Virus record (IMG/VR): IMGVR_UViG_3300028591_000174
Span: 13,550-77,549 of that record
Direction: 5' to 3' (one strand)
Origin: a virus
Taxonomy: Duplodnaviria; Caudoviricetes
DNA: 64,000 nucleotides
The notes under the pieces are model-generated. The model saw nothing but the letters and a program-made list of their open reading frames with translations, made no database searches and had not been told where the DNA came from. A program made the position numbers and the translations under genes. This document shows, in pieces, positions 59,455 through 64,000 of this stretch (its first letter is position 1; each line of letters starts with the position of its first letter).

Positions 59455-62400
59455 CGATACTTCTCAAACAGTTCTTCAAGAATCTTTATATCTTTAACTT
59501 GTTTGATTGCTGCATAGAAGTTCAGCGATTTATACATCTTATCGAATGTATAAACGTTCTGTGGCTTTGATTTGAAATTGATAGTCACCGTATGTAAGTG
59601 CTTATCCCACTCAACGCTGTATTTAGTGCCGATAGATTTTTCGATAATGCGTGGTCCGATGTATTCCATGCGATAATGGTAATACAAGAAAAATTAAAAC
59701 CTAAACATTGTTAGTATAATGACAATATAAAGCCAAAAGATTGTCATTAGTAATATTTAAGTAACAATGTTTTCTTTAATTTGAAATCATCTGGAATTAA
59801 TTCATCTTGTATGATCTCTACTCCGCAAATGAAATGCCCTTTATAACTATATTCTGTTCTATTGGTCCAGTATTTTACTTTTCCGTTTTTACTCCAGTCA
59901 AGAAAATTGATATTATGTGATTTACAATATTCATTTATTTTATTCTCAATATATTTATTCACTTCACTTGCAATTTCTGAAACTAATGTTTGATGCCAAT
60001 TATTTATATAGTCATCTAACTTCAAGTCACCAACAATTTTAGTTAATTCATCAACACTTATAGGTTTAAGTTGAATGGTTCCACACTGCCCTTTGTTATT
60101 AGTAAAATCTGCTAAACATTCAGGTTTATTAATTTCTGCATTTAGAGTATCTGAGAAAACCTTATCAATTGGAGAATCATTCAACAGTATGTTAAACATA
60201 TCTAAAGGATTATACATTCATCGCCTCTTCTATTATTAATTTCTTGCCATAACATTATAACTACTTTAATTCATCAAGCCACATCTTTTTAATACTTGCC
60301 CCTTTACCGAAGTCTGGATATGCCTCCGCAATTTCCTTGCGTCTTTTCCAAGCGACAGTACACCGAGAACATAGACATTTCGTCCAATCAGAAGTAACGT
60401 ATAATAAATTATCTTTTACATATTTTTCATCATAAGGAATTTCTTTATTACAACTTTGACAGTGTAATCTAGGAACAATTCCAAGATAATCTTTTTTGTA
60501 ATTATAATGTTCTTGAAATGTTATTAAATCAGAACGAAAATCACATTGAAATATTTTTTTATTAAACGCCATAAATTAACCTCTCCAAAAAGGATATTGG
60601 CTGTAAGTAATGTCATTACTTGCGTTTTGATAATCTTCATAAGTGAAAACAGGTTCTATCTTTACATCAGACTTCTTATTATTTTTCAGATAATACTCAA
60701 CATCCTCTCTTGTTTTGAACCATTTGACAGTATTACACTTAGGATACCTGCCGTCTTCTGATTCATCTATATGCCATATATTTTTAGAAATCTCGCCAAT
60801 GTTCTGAAAGGCATAGAATCTGTGTTCAGAATCCCATTTATCTACTTTGTGACAAACGGATTCTGTTTCTTCTTTTTCAGGAACAACGTCATAGGCCCGG
60901 AGTAACATTAATCTTTCTCTGAAATCAATTCTTCCGTAATCGCATTCCAGTTCGTGAATAAGCTCATCAAACTTCATATTACTCATCCTCTTTTATGTAA
61001 GCCCATTTTTTTATTCTGTCCATATCGCAGTAATAATCATCACAGCTTTCGTCATCCCAACATTTTTCTTTTACGTTCCAATATCGTATTCCATATCCAT
61101 AATTTTTTATATCTACAAGACAAGGAATTTGAGGATAGCGTTCAGTTCCGTATTTTCCGAATGGTACAGGCTCTTCTTCTGGAGTATGCCATTCATCTTT
61201 TACTTGGATTTTACAATTTGTTTCACATGGTAACGTAGCACCCATAAAAAGTCTTTTGCCAAAAATGTTCATAAAATCGTGAATCTGAAATTGTGTGAAA
61301 CCTTCATCATCAATATCAATTCCAGGAGCATCAATTCCGTAATCCGGGTAAGATTCTTTGTAACGTTTTACACCTTCATCGGTAAGCCTTACTTTAATGT
61401 AATAATTAAGATTAGTGTCTTTGTATTGTTCTTTCATATTAAATCTCCTTGTCGATTATTGAGTAATCGCAATGTTTGCAGTAATAGTAAAAGCCGTATA
61501 TGCCTAGTTGTTTAATCATCAGTCCATTGCACTTAGGACAAATCTTAATACTCATTAATCTCTCCTTGTAAGTTTTTCGGTTTTAATCAACTTACCTTTG
61601 TAACTGTTATATGTTTCTATTTTCCATATATACACAACGCCAAACAACTTTTTTGCATAACAAAAAGTTGTAATATGAATATCTACATCAACTCCAATAT
61701 GAGGTTTTATAAAATAGAGAAGTATCCATTTCCATAACGGAGTTGGAGTTCTGTTAATAAAGTCATAACTAAATATTCTATCCATACACATTCCTTATCA
61801 GTAAGGTCTTTTTACAATTTCATCTTCATAATCCCATCTGAATTCAAATCTGCAGCAATTTTCACATTTCTCTTTACTTACAGATTCGTTATTTCTTCGG
61901 TGAGGATTGAAACAATCGTTGGCTTCTTTACTGTAGTTTAAGCAATTAGCAGTACAAAAATCTTCGCTTTTACACTTTTTATATACTGCTTTCTGTTTAT
62001 CTAATTCCTTACCTAATGACTGTTCTAATTGACCGATAGAGACTTCTGAACGCAATTCAACTTCTCGTCTTCCGTAGTAGCCACCCTTGAAAAACAATTT
62101 TAATAATTTAATTTTTGGCGGTTTATGATAAACAGGAACTAAGATTGTGAACTTATCTTCTTCTTCTCCATTATACATTGAATTTAATTCATTCCAATCG
62201 TGTTCCAAATTTTCAATTTTATAATCCTGTCTTTCTGCCCAATATTTTTGAGTTTTAGTCATTATTTAATCTCCTTATCTAAATAAATCCAATACACTTT
62301 TCTAGGCTCCCAAAAATGCCTCAATCTAAAAGGAACTGTTTTTACTCTGATATTTTTTATGTAAAATTTTTCATTAAAAATGTTTACTGGTTCAGAACAG

Positions 62401-63836
62401 TCAAAATCAATTGGAGAAGCTGGCATTATAGACTTTGCTATAAGTTTATTCTGATAAACCCACAAGCATTTATATTTCTTCATAAGATCTCCTCATAGTC
62501 TTTTTTACACACAGGAAAACAAAATCTTTTTCCTGTGTCTGGATTTTTGTTAGTAATGCCAAATCCACAGTCAACTTCGCCAGTAAGACCTGTTACGTTA
62601 AGGCAGATTCTTTCATACTTATTATTATTCTTGTCTTGCCATTGATGTATTTTCATATTACCGTGAGGCTCAACTTGAGATGGCCAGACTTGAATGTACT
62701 TTCCTGCTGATTTTGTAAACCTCACTTTCATTTATTCACTCTCCTTTTCAACAAAAACATAATCTTCTTCCGGCTTATAATCTTCCGGCCATTCAAGTTC
62801 GTTTACATTTACAAGATAGCCAAGCCCTCCAATCTTACCGTACAGAACCCAATTGACTGACTCAGTATGATTACTGTATTCGCTTTGATGATTAAGGCAG
62901 TAATTGTATGCTGCAGGATTATGGAACGCAGAAGTCTGCCAATCTTCTCCTGCAATCTTCTTCCACCAATCCTCGATTACAATAGAATTACCTTTTAGGT
63001 AACCTTTTATGATTTTCAATTCTTTATTTGCGAGAGAAGAAGATTTTAATTCTCTTTCAATAAAACCATGAGTACGTTTATACTCTTTTTCAAATGTTTT
63101 CTGATTACCAAGGTAAATCTTTGCAAAATCTTCTTTAGAAATCCCAAAGAGTTCAATTTCACCATTCATTACTTGGTTGTAATACCCAAGTATCTTCTCT
63201 CTCATATTCCAAGAAATTGGAACTAGAATACATTCACTTGGATGAAAGTGTTTGAGTTGCATAAAACTGTAACAATTTGCTATTGTATCCAAAATTATCA
63301 TATAACGCTTCATTAGTACCAATATCCATCCTTATTTCGTTTTAATTTACAAATTCCAAAATTAAAATCACCTTGTAAAATAAATGCCGTCAAAGCTCTG
63401 TAAAGTACAGATATCAAGTTTGGGTACTGCTCCACAAACCATTGGTTGTTTGGTCCGATTATGTACATCTTATTTGCATTATCAATCCAATCATGGCTGT
63501 CAGTGGCTTTATAAATTATTTTCATGATTACTCCACCTTTACGATTGATAAGTCATATTTATATCCAAATCCAGTATCAGTAAGTTTGAAGTACTCTGGA
63601 TGCTTCAAAATTTCTTCTGCCATTTGGAGAGCAATTTCTTTTTTGTAATGCTCTTTTATGGTATCAACTGGAAGCCTGCAATATTCTTCAATAGGCTTGA
63701 AACAAGATATTTGCTGAATCTTTATATTTTTTGAGAAACAATGGTCAAGTTTTGATTTAGCATTGAACATTTCAATCTTTCTTTCAAGTTCTCTTTGAAG
63801 TTTTTTATATTTGTTTCTTTTTGTTTTTCTGTTCAT
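59451..63836 (-). CDS. Run of leftward hypothetical genes (59451-59687, 59747-60217, 60261-60572, 60576-60986, 60979-61437, 61555-61791, 61798-62262, 62262-62483, 62480-62731, 62732-63322, 63313-63525, 63528-63836)
   Basis: Packed or overlapping minus-strand ORFs with RBS, several with Cys motifs; no function recognised. Confidence 0.65.
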
Positions 63837-64000
63837 TAAACACCTCTATATCTCAATTAATTGCTGTACTATATCTTTGATTTCCTGGCTATGCGTAATC
63901 AACATTGTGATGCGGCTATTACTGATATGATGTGCGGCTTCAACCATTTTCAGATATCTAGGTCTTAAACTGCCATCAAGAGAACCTCAGATTCATCAAT

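Noticed and set aside
1274-63648. Numerous antisense or out-of-frame ORFs in the track (e.g. 1274-1711+, 2774-3247+, 4763-5122+, 24504-24932-, 31077-31643-, 37201-37617-)
   Set aside because: They overlap better-supported genes, lack an RBS and look like shadow ORFs.

Overview
A 64-kb segment of a tailed dsDNA phage genome, siphovirus-like with a lambdoid-type tail. The host is probably a diderm: there is a spanin pair, and the ComM gene resembles Treponema/spirochaete homologues as I recall them (inference, not searched). Layout: (1) 1-14.6 kb, leftward small early genes containing a reverse transcriptase module: SSB-like gene, stand-alone YSDD RT, three accessory ORFs, a ~880-bp array of seven sequence-divergent but structurally conserved ~125-131-bp hairpin units, then a ComM/YifB AAA+ helicase gene. 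(2) 14.6-16.9 kb, a largely ORF-free control region with a tRNA-like element, a candidate large ncRNA, a consensus promoter and operator repeats. (3) 16.9-48.7 kb, rightward HTH regulators, then terminase, portal, head, tail, tape measure and tail fibres, with a programmed -1 frameshift and an ornate ~490-nt intergenic structured region. (4) 48.5-51 kb, a six-cassette serine-invertase shufflon that swaps the tail-fibre C-terminal tip. (5) 51-57 kb, a GT2 glycosyltransferase, an uncharacterised six-gene module and a leftward lysis cassette. (6) 57-64 kb, an Ig-like repeat protein and leftward hypothetical genes. The top finding is the RT plus hairpin ncRNA-array system (probably UG27-like), followed by the tail-fibre shufflon. 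All family assignments are by motif recognition only; no searches were run.
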